Part shown: positions 8,078-15,939 of the stretch, in pieces
Numbering within the stretch: the first letter of the stretch is position 1
How the letters are laid out: each line of letters starts with the position of its first letter
IMG/VR virus record: IMGVR_UViG_3300027852_000043
Coordinates: 1-60,972 of that record
DNA from: a virus
Lineage: Duplodnaviria; Caudoviricetes
Strand: one strand, 5' to 3'
DNA length: 60,972 nucleotides
Translations under genes and position numbers: made by a program
The notes under the pieces: model-generated
The model's input: only the letters and a program-made list of their open reading frames with translations
What the model was told of the DNA's origin: nothing
Database searches by the model: none

Positions 8078-8260
8078 TTTTTGTTGTTTCAATGATATGA
8101 TTTCATATGGCCAGCATTCTTTTACATGGTTTTGAACATGAGCTGTAGCCGAAAGAAAGTCAGGATAATCTTTTACGGCAAAATGTAAATCGGAATCTGC
8201 ATAATCTTTATATTGGATCTCAGCAACCCATGCCAAGTCCGATAATTGTACGCCACGCAT
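8072..8260 (-). CDS. Cassette-borne hypothetical protein
   Basis: Lies between attC 8277..8336 and the remnant at 8037..8077; AAGGAG RBS. Confidence 0.6.
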   Translation of the reverse strand: MRGVQLSDLAWVAEIQYKDYADSDLHFAVKDYPDFLSATAHVQNHVKECWPYEIISLKQQKT

Positions 8261-8276
8261 TTTTTATCTCCTTAAA

Positions 8277-8336
8277 AGATAACGTTTAGCTAACCTGCGG
8301 CGACCTTTGCCGTCAGGGTCGAGCGGCTGGTTATAA
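8277..8336 (-). mobile_element. Intact integron-type attC site (60 bp)
   Basis: R'' TTATAAC, spacer CAGCC, L'' GCTCGACC, central stem, L' GGTTAGC, spacer TAAAC, R' GTTATCT. Confidence 0.85.
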
Positions 8337-8462
8337 ATCAACATCTTCCCTTTTGATATAAATAGGGATAATTCCCAATAAAAACCACCCATGATAAATA
8401 TACCTTTTTACTGGTCCGAATGTCCCATGCTTAATTTTCTTCCATGTTTTATAGGTAATCAT
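8331..8462 (-). CDS. 43-aa cassette ORF (not in the ORF track)
   Basis: GAGGT RBS; MITYKTWKKIKHGTFGPVKRYIYHGWFLLGIIPIYIKREDVDL; stop TAA lies inside attC R''. Confidence 0.65.
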   Translation of the reverse strand: MITYKTWKKIKHGTFGPVKRYIYHGWFLLGIIPIYIKREDVDL

Positions 8463-8521
8463 CTTGATACCTCAATGTTTTCATCAACCATGCTCCTCTT
8501 TTTTATATGGTTGGTTACACA

Positions 8522-8704
8522 TTAATCCCAAGCCCATCCAGCAGTTCTGCAATTTGGGCAATATAATGTTTCGTGATCAGCTTCACATAGTAACTCATGG
8601 CCCTCACCAACATGGCCACACCAATCACAGGTAAAAGATGGAAGTTCGCCTTCCCAGTCCGGGTTCTCTTCTTTAAGTGATATTGCGCTTTTGCCAGCAC
8701 TCAC
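8522..8704 (-). CDS. Zinc-ribbon protein
   Basis: AAGGAGG RBS with GTG start; CDWCG...CPNC. Confidence 0.6.
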   Translation of the reverse strand: MSAGKSAISLKEENPDWEGELPSFTCDWCGHVGEGHELLCEADHETLYCPNCRTAGWAWD

Positions 8705-8855
8705 AGCCTACCTCCTTTGGTTATGCGCCCCCAGGAACCGCCACACGGAACGTCCTGGGTAGTATTGATCCGGCAGTGTATATTTCCGGGCTTGGCTTTG
8801 TCCGTGCCGTCCAGATCCCGTGCATTCCCAAGTTCATGTGTCTGACGCATAACCG

Positions 8856-9116
8856 TTAAAGTTTTGCTGTTGCGATAACTGATTTACATTTTGTGCAAAT
8901 GGAACAACCAGACACAACCTCATTGTCAGCAGAAACCCAATCATGTTCACAATCAGCAGCACCTTCTTCGTCCGCTGTATTGCCGAGTTGGGCGTCACCT
9001 TCCCGAAGTGCGATATCATCAAGCAATTCTAACGCTGCGCTTATCGCAATTTTTCGTTGATCCGCTGAGTAACTTTGTGGATTCCCCAAAATTTCCATGA
9101 TGAATTTAGTGTTCAT
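8856..9116 (-). CDS. Hypothetical protein containing an internal decayed attC
   Basis: GGGGAG RBS; CEH...CTKC C-terminus follows the attC-like segment 8940..8993. Confidence 0.6.
   Translation of the reverse strand: MNTKFIMEILGNPQSYSADQRKIAISAALELLDDIALREGDAQLGNTADEEGAADCEHDWVSADNEVVSGCSICTKCKSVIATAKL
8940..8993 (-). mobile_element. Degenerate attC embedded in a CDS
   Basis: R'' GCCCAAC, L'' AATACAGC, L' GCTGATT; R' GTT core lost. Confidence 0.55.
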
Positions 9117-9137
9117 GTTTTCTCCCCTTAAAATGTC

Positions 9138-9365
9138 TCAATTATGCTCCTCATCGTGGCAGTCAATACATCTCATTTCTAAATTTTCCATAGTATCCTC
9201 GCCGCCTTGCGACTTGTGGGGGTCATGGTGAGCCGGAGTGCCGGGCTCTACCCACGCTCCACACTTTTGACATATCCCACCGTCCCTCACGTAAACCGCC
9301 TCATGCAGCTCTTCGAGGGCTTTCCCCTTTAATCTGTGGGGCTTGTGTTTCGGCACTGGGTTCAT
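9138..9365 (-). CDS. HNH endonuclease
   Basis: RDGGICQKCG...HH...SQGG...NLEMRCIDCHDEEH. Confidence 0.85.
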   Translation of the reverse strand: MNPVPKHKPHRLKGKALEELHEAVYVRDGGICQKCGAWVEPGTPAHHDPHKSQGGEDTMENLEMRCIDCHDEEHN

Positions 9366-9799
9366 TCCGGCGCCTCTGCCTTTTCAGGAGGCGGGATCTC
9401 CACAGAATGCTCCATCAACGCCCACCTGCATATCCGCTTGACGTAGCTATCTTCGGCACTGAAAAACTCAACCGTTGATAACTTTGTGGTTGACCCTCCT
9501 ACCGTCTTTCCCGGATCAATTTTGCTTTGAACCGGGTTGAACTCCCTCTTCAGGTCTTCGTGCATGTCGTCAGGGTTATCATGTCCGAAGTACTCTGCGA
9601 GAATCGGGATGACAACGCCAAAATAGTAGGCGTTCTGGTCGTTTGTCCTCTTTGTCTTGTGCCTGCGGATAGTGATATCAACATGCGCTCCATTAGGGAA
9701 AGTCGATACCCATCGAGACATCGATCTTTTAACGTGACCAAGGAGCTTCAACTTTTTGCCCACGATATCAGCTTCAAAGATGGGGATAGGTTGCTTCAT
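9362..9799 (-). CDS. NinB/YbcN-like recombination accessory protein
   Basis: RTNDQNAYYFGVV...MHEDLK...STTKLSTVEF; sits in the recombination operon. Confidence 0.65.
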   Translation of the reverse strand: MKQPIPIFEADIVGKKLKLLGHVKRSMSRWVSTFPNGAHVDITIRRHKTKRTNDQNAYYFGVVIPILAEYFGHDNPDDMHEDLKREFNPVQSKIDPGKTVGGSTTKLSTVEFFSAEDSYVKRICRWALMEHSVEIPPPEKAEAPE

Positions 9800-10014
9800 G
9801 CTGATTCCTTCCGGCATTGCTCTAAAAACTCGGCAGATATTTTCTTGTCTGCGATTTTAATCATTTTTAATTCATATACTATTTCGCATTTGGGGCAAAA
9901 TAACACCGTATCAAGTAACCCGTTACTGACTTCCTTGAGGTAATTATGGCACTTCCGGCAGGGCGTTTGGGTGATGTAAGGCTCTGCTGTTATATTTATT
10001 TTGCCGCACTTCAT
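9796..10014 (-). CDS. Zinc-ribbon protein
   Basis: CRKC...CPKC. Confidence 0.55.
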   Translation of the reverse strand: MKCGKINITAEPYITQTPCRKCHNYLKEVSNGLLDTVLFCPKCEIVYELKMIKIADKKISAEFLEQCRKESA

Positions 10015-10670
10015 GTTAACCTCTCCAACATCTCATCAAGTTCCCGTAAAAACTCCATGACTTCCGTTTCAATCAATCTTATCATATCCTCATCACGGTA
10101 CAAGCGGTTTACTTTTAAAGGCTTAATCCCTCGAAACTTTTTGGGGATAGTTACGCCTTCATTAGTGTCGTCAAATTCCGGGCAATAGACAATATAATCA
10201 ATCCAGGTCCTACCGGAAACGGACAGAAAATCTTGGCATTGGTAAATGTGGTATGTGTTTATCGTTTTTGTGTATAAAAATTCAAGGAATACTTTCCCCT
10301 TCATTTTCTTGATTTCAATGCCACCGTCTTCCCCGACCAGGCCGTCAGGCGAAACATGCACCCTGGGTAGAGCGGATTTTATCATGGCTATCTGCTCCAC
10401 ATCAACATCTCGCTCCCACTCATACAATGCCCGAGCCTTTGGTTCAAACTCGTGGCCGCTGTCCATGTCTTTGCTGTGGTATGTTTCGTCTCGCTTTCCT
10501 GTGATAATCTCTTTTGCTAATGTATACATCAGGTCTTTCCGCATTTTACTTGGCTTGCCACTCTTACCCTTCGCAAGCACGGCAGGGATGCTTGACCCTC
10601 CGATGGAGCCTAAGCGTAAATCAAACCACTCCTTGCTATTCTGTTCTATCCCTCGGATGATTTCAGGCAT
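10011..10670 (-). CDS. YqaJ / lambda-exonuclease family protein
   Basis: EQNSKEWFDLRLGSIGGS, G..FEPKAR..Y, SPDGLVGEDGGIEIK, YQCQ. Confidence 0.9.
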   Translation of the reverse strand: MPEIIRGIEQNSKEWFDLRLGSIGGSSIPAVLAKGKSGKPSKMRKDLMYTLAKEIITGKRDETYHSKDMDSGHEFEPKARALYEWERDVDVEQIAMIKSALPRVHVSPDGLVGEDGGIEIKKMKGKVFLEFLYTKTINTYHIYQCQDFLSVSGRTWIDYIVYCPEFDDTNEGVTIPKKFRGIKPLKVNRLYRDEDMIRLIETEVMEFLRELDEMLERLT

Positions 10671-10671
10671 T

Positions 10672-11436
10672 TTAGCGTTTCCCTTCCAGTACCTTGACTG
10701 CATTCTCGTATTGTTTCACCGGTAGTTCTGAGAGTGTTTCAATCCCGAACCGCTTTAGGAACTTGGGTCCGTCCGCGCCAACTTCTGTGCGGAGGGCGTC
10801 AAGGTTGGCGCTTTGTTCGTCTGTGATGTATTCAACCGGGTCCGAACCCCTTCCATCATCATCTTGCCCTTTGGCTGCGAGCCCGGTTAGAGATAGGAGC
10901 GTGTACCTTTGGAGGTAGGTTATTGTTGATCCTATGGCCTGTATTGCATTTTTGCTGCCGGAGGTATCGGCTTTTGCTGAGAGGCTGGTTGATTCCGAAT
11001 GACCCTGTTCATGGGTAATGACGCAGGTAACAATAACATCTCCGTTTTGCGCTGTTTTCCATGCTACAGAAAGGCCGTGTTGGCTCAACGCTGCTCCAAT
11101 AACTGATGTAACTGCTCCCAGGGTAGCATGGCTATATTCTGTAGTGCCACCTCCGGCCTGATAGCTAACGCTGGCATCTTTCAATATCTCCGGGGGGTTC
11201 TCCTTGAATGCCGCCATAGCCCTCGTGTACGCTTTCCGGGCTTCATTGGCCTCCCATCTCTCCTGAAGATCCATGAGTTTTTCCAGCTTCGCAAGATCAG
11301 CTCCCTGGTTTACGGCAACTGCCAACAGGTCGGCAGGTGTTGTTCCCGCCACAACCTCGCAGGGCTCAGGAACTACCACTCTTGTTTCTGGCGCCCTATC
11401 CTCAAAATGTCCAATCTTTTCGCCTATATTTTCCAT
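10672..11436 (-). CDS. ERF family single-strand annealing protein
   Basis: YSHATL, L..HGL, H..GHSE, GSKNAIQAIGSTITYLQRYTL, DDDG. Confidence 0.92.
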   Translation of the reverse strand: MENIGEKIGHFEDRAPETRVVVPEPCEVVAGTTPADLLAVAVNQGADLAKLEKLMDLQERWEANEARKAYTRAMAAFKENPPEILKDASVSYQAGGGTTEYSHATLGAVTSVIGAALSQHGLSVAWKTAQNGDVIVTCVITHEQGHSESTSLSAKADTSGSKNAIQAIGSTITYLQRYTLLSLTGLAAKGQDDDGRGSDPVEYITDEQSANLDALRTEVGADGPKFLKRFGIETLSELPVKQYENAVKVLEGKR

Positions 11437-12497
11437 TATAGTGCCTCCAGATCTGTAGTTGCTTTGTCGATTTGTCCCCAGACGACATCGGCAAAAATGT
11501 TGCATACAAACTGCACTTTTCTATCCTTGAGTTTAACAGGGCGTTCCGTCAAAAGCTTGTGGACCATCCCAAGAAATGCCAACACCTGTTCTTTCTCAGG
11601 TCGTAATGCCTCCTGTCGGGCCGCCTCCACTTTCGCTGCTTCCTCTTTCTCAACCCGTTCCTTTTCCTCACGCTCCACTTTGGCCGCTGCTTCTTTCTCA
11701 GCATCAATCTTGGCCTGTTTTTCAAAGGCCTCCTTCTCAATCCGCGCCTGCTCTTTGTGCTTTTCAGCTTCAATCGCTGCACGTTCGTCATCAATCTTCC
11801 GTTGAGCGGCTTCCTGATCTTCCTTGATCTTCCGGTTAGCTTCGTCAATCTTCCTTTGATCTTCGGCCAGGCGGTTCTTTTCGGCTTCCAGTACAGCCCT
11901 TTCCTTCGCAATCCTTTCCGATTCGGCTTTCCGGTCGGCCTCTTCTTTGGCGATCCGTTCAGCTTCAAGTCGCTTTTCCTCTGCTATCCGGGCCTGTTCT
12001 GCCTCGTAATCGGATTTGACCTTTGCAAAGAGACCGTGATATTCATCGGTTCCCATTGCAGCTATATCAAAATAAGGAAGGATAGTGTCGTATTTAGCGA
12101 GGTCTGCCATTCGGGCCTCGACCTTCTCCCTTTCCTTCCGCTCCTCCTCTTCCTTCCGCTTCGCTTCTTCCGCTTCCCATTCATCAAGCGGCTTTCTCAC
12201 TCCGGCCTTGAGGTCATCACAAAAATCCCGCGCTGCTTTCCTGACAGCATCGACCTTCCCGGATTTAGCCTTCCAGTCGGCAACCATTTCTTTACCAATG
12301 TTATCTAACAGCGTCTTCGACCGGGTTATTTTGTACGCAAAAGACACGACCTCCTTCCGGCTCTCTTCCGTTGAGACATCTGGTGTAAACGCTTTCACTT
12401 TAGTCTCGATCTCAATTAATATTTTCTTCATACCTCCCTCGGTATAAAGCGCAACAGGGTCAAGTTTCTCCGCAACGATCAAACTTTTTTCAGTCAT
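11436..12497 (-). CDS. Conserved phage coiled-coil protein of recombination operons
   Basis: PDVST..SRKEV.S.AYK..RSKT.LD..GK followed by a long E/K/A/R coiled coil. Confidence 0.8.
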   Translation of the reverse strand: MTEKSLIVAEKLDPVALYTEGGMKKILIEIETKVKAFTPDVSTEESRKEVVSFAYKITRSKTLLDNIGKEMVADWKAKSGKVDAVRKAARDFCDDLKAGVRKPLDEWEAEEAKRKEEEERKEREKVEARMADLAKYDTILPYFDIAAMGTDEYHGLFAKVKSDYEAEQARIAEEKRLEAERIAKEEADRKAESERIAKERAVLEAEKNRLAEDQRKIDEANRKIKEDQEAAQRKIDDERAAIEAEKHKEQARIEKEAFEKQAKIDAEKEAAAKVEREEKERVEKEEAAKVEAARQEALRPEKEQVLAFLGMVHKLLTERPVKLKDRKVQFVCNIFADVVWGQIDKATTDLEAL

Positions 12498-12616
12498 AAT
12501 TACCCTCCAAAAAATAGATCCATGATTACCCAAACAAGACAGACAACTAAAACTACCACCGACACCGGCCCCAACCAGATCCAATTATCATTAATTATCT
12601 GTAGTATGGTTTCCAT

Positions 12617-12859
12617 TCACACCTCAACTCCTTCCAGCATTGCCCCGTTGTATTTGTGTGTTACTTTACCGTCTATCCACACAGCAAACCACATCGCTTC
12701 CATCATTTGACCGCCTTCCATTACAACTGTAATTTTTTCTACACCTCCTTCCCCTACGGAAACACGCCCTTCATTCGGCCAAAATATACACCGAACCTCT
12801 TGGCCGTTTTTAAATTTTTGGTCTGTCTTACTGGGCCGCCACCGTGGGCAGTGCCGCAT
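12617..12859 (-). CDS. Hypothetical protein
   Basis: ORF downstream of the leftward promoter; start uncertain. Confidence 0.5.
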   Translation of the reverse strand: MRHCPRWRPSKTDQKFKNGQEVRCIFWPNEGRVSVGEGGVEKITVVMEGGQMMEAMWFAVWIDGKVTHKYNGAMLEGVEV

Positions 12860-12900
12860 TGGTTTGCGTGTGGGTTAGGGTTTGAAATCCATTTGTCTGC

Positions 12901-12929
12901 ATTATAAAAAACGAAAATCAATAAGTCAA
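12901..12929 (-). promoter_or_regulatory. Near-consensus sigma70 leftward (early) promoter
   Basis: TTGACT-17 bp-TATAAT. Confidence 0.85.
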
Positions 12930-12986
12930 GTCTTTTTTACAGGTACAGGTACTTTTTTCTGAATTATTTTTTCCTGTAAAAATCGC

Positions 12987-13015
12987 TTGACATAAAGAAT
13001 CTAAGATGTTATGGA
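12987..13015 (+). promoter_or_regulatory. Sigma70 rightward promoter
   Basis: TTGACA-17 bp-TATGGA; ATG at 13023. Confidence 0.5.
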
Positions 13016-13022
13016 TGTAACC

Positions 13023-13259
13023 ATGAAAAATATAGTAGAAAATTTGGTTAAAAATTACCTCAAAAAATACGAAATGAAACAGACCGAATTTGCCATGCGG
13101 GTGGGTATATCCAAACAATTGCTCAATTGGCACCTCAAGCACCCGGAAGCCAAATGGAATCCCCAGGTGGCGCTCGGTATAGAGACGGCCACAAACTGCG
13201 AGATCCTGGCTTATGATTTGGTATTTAGGGACCGCAGACACGAAAAGCCGCGCCGGTGA
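13023..13259 (+). CDS. Cro-like HTH regulator
   Basis: MKQTEFAMRVGISKQLLNWHL...ALGIETAT...DL; first gene of the rightward operon. Confidence 0.8.
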   Translation: MKNIVENLVKNYLKKYEMKQTEFAMRVGISKQLLNWHLKHPEAKWNPQVALGIETATNCEILAYDLVFRDRRHEKPRR

Positions 13260-13274
13260 TTAAGGACGTTATAT
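13238..13274 (+). mobile_element. attC right arm only
   Basis: GAAAAGCCGCGCC-GGTGATT-AAGGAC-GTTATAT. Confidence 0.55.
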
Positions 13275-13288
13275 TCCAGGAGGTAAAA

Positions 13289-13483
13289 ATGGGAAAATGC
13301 ACAAATTGCAAAGGAACAGGGAAACAGGTTTTTCATGGGCACTTTGAGTCTGTAATGGGAACCTGTAATTTCTGCAAAGGATCTGGGAAAAGAGAAGATC
13401 AGTTAAAGTGGCTTGACAAGCTGAAATATAATAAGCCAGCGCAGCGGACTCAAGAAGCCGAGCCGGTGATTAAAGTGTCATAA
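13289..13483 (+). CDS. Cassette-borne protein with a DnaJ-type Cys repeat
   Basis: CTNCKGTG...CNFCKGSG; AGGAGG RBS; C-terminus reads through attC. Confidence 0.7.
   Translation: MGKCTNCKGTGKQVFHGHFESVMGTCNFCKGSGKREDQLKWLDKLKYNKPAQRTQEAEPVIKVS
13426..13483 (+). mobile_element. Degenerate full-length attC (58 bp)
   Basis: R'' ATATAAT, L'' AGCGCAGC, GG(A)CTC/GAGCC stem, L' GGTGATT, R' GTCATAA; both cores carry one substitution. Confidence 0.65.
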
Positions 13484-13499
13484 GGAAAGGAGAATTACA

Positions 13500-13727
13500 A
13501 TGAAGCAACCGAGGGAGCCAGGCATATATCAATTTACGTGTACGAAAAAATTCAGCTTTCCGATATCTTTAGACGAATGGGTCGTCGGGGTCGTTTTTAA
13601 AGAGGACGGTAAGTGGCGCTATTACGGCGTTGCAGGTTGCGCAAAATATGCCCATGGGTTTTCGTGGCCGCTGGCACCATTCGTGGGGCATGGGGAATTT
13701 AAGAGGTTAACCAGCAAAACAACATGA
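13500..13727 (+). CDS. Cassette-borne hypothetical protein
   Basis: AAGGAG RBS; lies between two attC-like sites. Confidence 0.65.
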   Translation: MKQPREPGIYQFTCTKKFSFPISLDEWVVGVVFKEDGKWRYYGVAGCAKYAHGFSWPLAPFVGHGEFKRLTSKTT

Positions 13728-13764
13728 CCCAAAAAAGCCGGGCAGGTGAACTATATCGTTATAC
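13705..13764 (+). mobile_element. attC site (60 bp) with an eroded L'' box
   Basis: R'' GGTTAAC, TG(A)CCC/GGGCA stem, AAAAAAGCC loop, L' GGTGAAC, R' GTTATAC. Confidence 0.65.
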
Positions 13765-13776
13765 AGGGGAAATAAA

Positions 13777-14091
13777 TTGAGCATTATATCTGGAGTTAGG
13801 ACCCCAAATGAAATAATCAGGCTAGTCCTCGAAGATTATGAAATTGATCAAAGCATAGCGGATAAAATCGAGGATAGATTAAACAAGGGAATGGTTTCAG
13901 TATCTGACAATAAAGCAACTTTGGTGATCATCGCCAAAAAAAATAAACTTGAATGGGCGTATGTTGATCTTGAGAGTGTTATTAAGCAAACCTCCCCTGG
14001 CGGGGATAAGCTCTGCCTTTGCCCTGGTGGGGTTGGCATTTGCGGCTTTGGTGAGTCTGCTACGGGGATATGTAAACACCTCCTCCGGTGA
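13777..14091 (+). CDS. Hypothetical protein
   Basis: TTG start after AGGGGA; Cys-rich C-terminus. Confidence 0.55.
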   Translation: MSIISGVRTPNEIIRLVLEDYEIDQSIADKIEDRLNKGMVSVSDNKATLVIIAKKNKLEWAYVDLESVIKQTSPGGDKLCLCPGGVGICGFGESATGICKHLLR

Positions 14092-14170
14092 TGGCTGGAC
14101 GCAATCGCATGCAATGGAGCCTGTCGAGCAAACCATTGGTATGGAGGTTAATAAAATAATGGAGGGAAGC

Positions 14171-14425
14171 ATGGAGGTTATAACCGGAAGTCTTGATATT
14201 TCTGGAATAAAACGACTACAAATGCCAGAGACGGTCATATTAATAGAATGTCCTAAATGTGGAGATGTGTTGGATATTCCTCTGATAGATCAAATATATT
14301 ATCCTGCTAAAGGAGGGCATAACGTAGCGTTTTATTGTGAAAATTGTGATATTGAGGTCGCTCGAAAAATTGAGATTGTTTCGATAATCGTAACCCTGCA
14401 TATACATGACCCAACAATTGTATAA
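14171..14425 (+). CDS. Zinc-ribbon protein
   Basis: ECPKCG...YCENC. Confidence 0.6.
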   Translation: MEVITGSLDISGIKRLQMPETVILIECPKCGDVLDIPLIDQIYYPAKGGHNVAFYCENCDIEVARKIEIVSIIVTLHIHDPTIV

Positions 14426-14469
14426 TCAGTCATTATATTTTTTTCTTGGGGGGGGGGAGGTATGGACAG

Positions 14470-14679
14470 ATGATGGAAATGGAACAATTAAAAAAACGAA
14501 TCAATGACAGTGGGATAGAGGGAGTATTAACAGCGCACATCCTGGACGATTACTCACCGGCAGGACAAATGATGATGCATCAATTAGGCGAATCAGGCGA
14601 GTACGTCCAGCGTAAAACTCCGGCGCACAGTTTTGATGCAAAATGGAGGATATTCCAGAAAGGCGCTGAACCATATTAG
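14470..14679 (+). CDS. Hypothetical protein
   Basis: GGAGG RBS. Confidence 0.55.
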   Translation: MMEMEQLKKRINDSGIEGVLTAHILDDYSPAGQMMMHQLGESGEYVQRKTPAHSFDAKWRIFQKGAEPY

Positions 14680-14693
14680 CGGTATAGATAGTC

Positions 14694-15011
14694 GTGATGT
14701 TTGACGAAATCATAAAATCAAGAGTTGAGAAAATACAGAGGATATTAGGATTAAAAGCTTCTGAATACGCTTCCAAAACAGACCGCTTCCACAATTTTAA
14801 TGTTGCCGGTCGAATATCCGGGACAACACCCGAAAAAGCCCTATACGGGATGATGCTGAAACATGAGGTGTCAGTATTAGATTTGATTGAGATGGCAGAC
14901 ATTGAGCCTGAGAACCTATCTGCATCGTTGATTGATGAAAAGATAGGGGATTATATCAACTATTTAATATTGTTAGAGGGGATGCTTAAACAAAGATGTA
15001 ACCAAAAGTAG
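14694..15011 (+). CDS. All-helical nucleotide-modification-associated (DUF1599-like) protein
   Basis: K..EYA...DRFHNF...KH...EKIGD.INYLILL. Confidence 0.6.
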   Translation: MMFDEIIKSRVEKIQRILGLKASEYASKTDRFHNFNVAGRISGTTPEKALYGMMLKHEVSVLDLIEMADIEPENLSASLIDEKIGDYINYLILLEGMLKQRCNQK

Positions 15012-15017
15012 GAATAA

Positions 15018-15041
15018 CCCTTGACTTGCAAGCCGGGTTGT
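15018..15041 (+). repeat. 24-bp direct repeat containing a -35 box (second copy 15784..15807)
   Basis: CCCTTGACTTGCAAGCCGGGTTGT flanks the C5-MTase gene on both sides. Confidence 0.85.
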
Positions 15042-15053
15042 AGCTGAGGGTAT

Positions 15054-15809
15054 ATGAAACATTTAGATTTGTTTTCGGGGATCGGCGGTTTTGCTCTCGC
15101 GGCATCCTGGGTATGGGGCGTAGAACATGAAGTTGTGTCCTTCTGTGAGGTAGAACCGTTTGCCCAAAAAGTACTCAAAAAACATTGGCCGGAGGTTCCA
15201 GTCCATGATGATATTTCAACGTTTAATTGTGATAACCTGCAAAATATTGGCTTACTCACGGGTGGGTTTCCTTGCCAAGATATTTCCCTAAGCGGAAAAG
15301 GGGAAGGTTTGAATGGGAAAAGGTCAGGGTTATGGTTTGAAATGTTCAGGATTATCCGCACTATACGACCCCGTTTCGTTATCATTGAAAACAGTTCAGC
15401 GCTCCTTGTTCGAGGAGGGGGAAGAGTTATTGCAGATCTTGCCAGCATCAGGTTCGATGCACAATGGCAAGTTGTTACCGCAAAAGAAGTGGGCGCTCCG
15501 CATCTCCGTAAACGACTCTGTATTGTTGCCTACCCCAACAAAATCTATGGGGAAGCGGGGTTGGGGAATCTCTTTGAGCGGGCGGCGAAGGTATGCAGAA
15601 AAAGTGCAGAACGCCGCGCTCAGTTTTGGGTACAAACCCCCTGTCCGAATAATCGAATGGATGATGGGGTACCCGGAAAATTATACGAATTGGCAGTAGG
15701 GGCATATGGGAACGCAATAACCCCTCAAGCTTTTACACCCATCATGCAAGCGATTAAGGACTTGGAGGGACAACATCGCTTTTCCCTTGACTTGCAAGCC
15801 GGGTTGTGA
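15054..15809 (+). CDS. DNA cytosine-5 methyltransferase (alpha-type chain)
   Basis: Motif I DLFSGIGG, IV GGFPCQ, VI EN, VIII H.R.R, X GNA. Confidence 0.93.
   Translation: MKHLDLFSGIGGFALAASWVWGVEHEVVSFCEVEPFAQKVLKKHWPEVPVHDDISTFNCDNLQNIGLLTGGFPCQDISLSGKGEGLNGKRSGLWFEMFRIIRTIRPRFVIIENSSALLVRGGGRVIADLASIRFDAQWQVVTAKEVGAPHLRKRLCIVAYPNKIYGEAGLGNLFERAAKVCRKSAERRAQFWVQTPCPNNRMDDGVPGKLYELAVGAYGNAITPQAFTPIMQAIKDLEGQHRFSLDLQAGL
15313..15699 (+). CDS. Nested alternative-frame C5-MTase subunit carrying motif IX (start uncertain)
   Basis: LLPTPT...P...IEWMMGYP..YT, entirely inside the MTase gene in another frame. Confidence 0.65.
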   Translation: MGKGQGYGLKCSGLSALYDPVSLSLKTVQRSLFEEGEELLQILPASGSMHNGKLLPQKKWALRISVNDSVLLPTPTKSMGKRGWGISLSGRRRYAEKVQNAALSFGYKPPVRIIEWMMGYPENYTNWQ

Positions 15810-15854
15810 TTTGATGTCATTATGGACTATGCAGAGTTCTTAATCAAAAACTTT

Positions 15855-15939
15855 AAAAACACAAATAGCTCCAGGATAGCCAACCTTCCCAGGTTTGGCC
15901 GGTGCTGCATCACCACATCCTGGGGCTATTTGTGTTTTT
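15855..15939 (+). ncRNA. Structured leader / c4-antisense-like RNA upstream of the replication gene
   Basis: 23-bp stem AAAAACACAAATAGCTCCAGGAT/ATCCTGGGGCTATTTGTGTTTTT enclosing two small hairpins. Confidence 0.55.

Noticed and set aside
14448-14457. G10 tract (also C9 near 20522 and G9 near 30574) as phase-variation switches
   Set aside because: The tracts are intergenic, in RBS or hairpin context and do not shift a frame; there is no evidence of length variation without reads.
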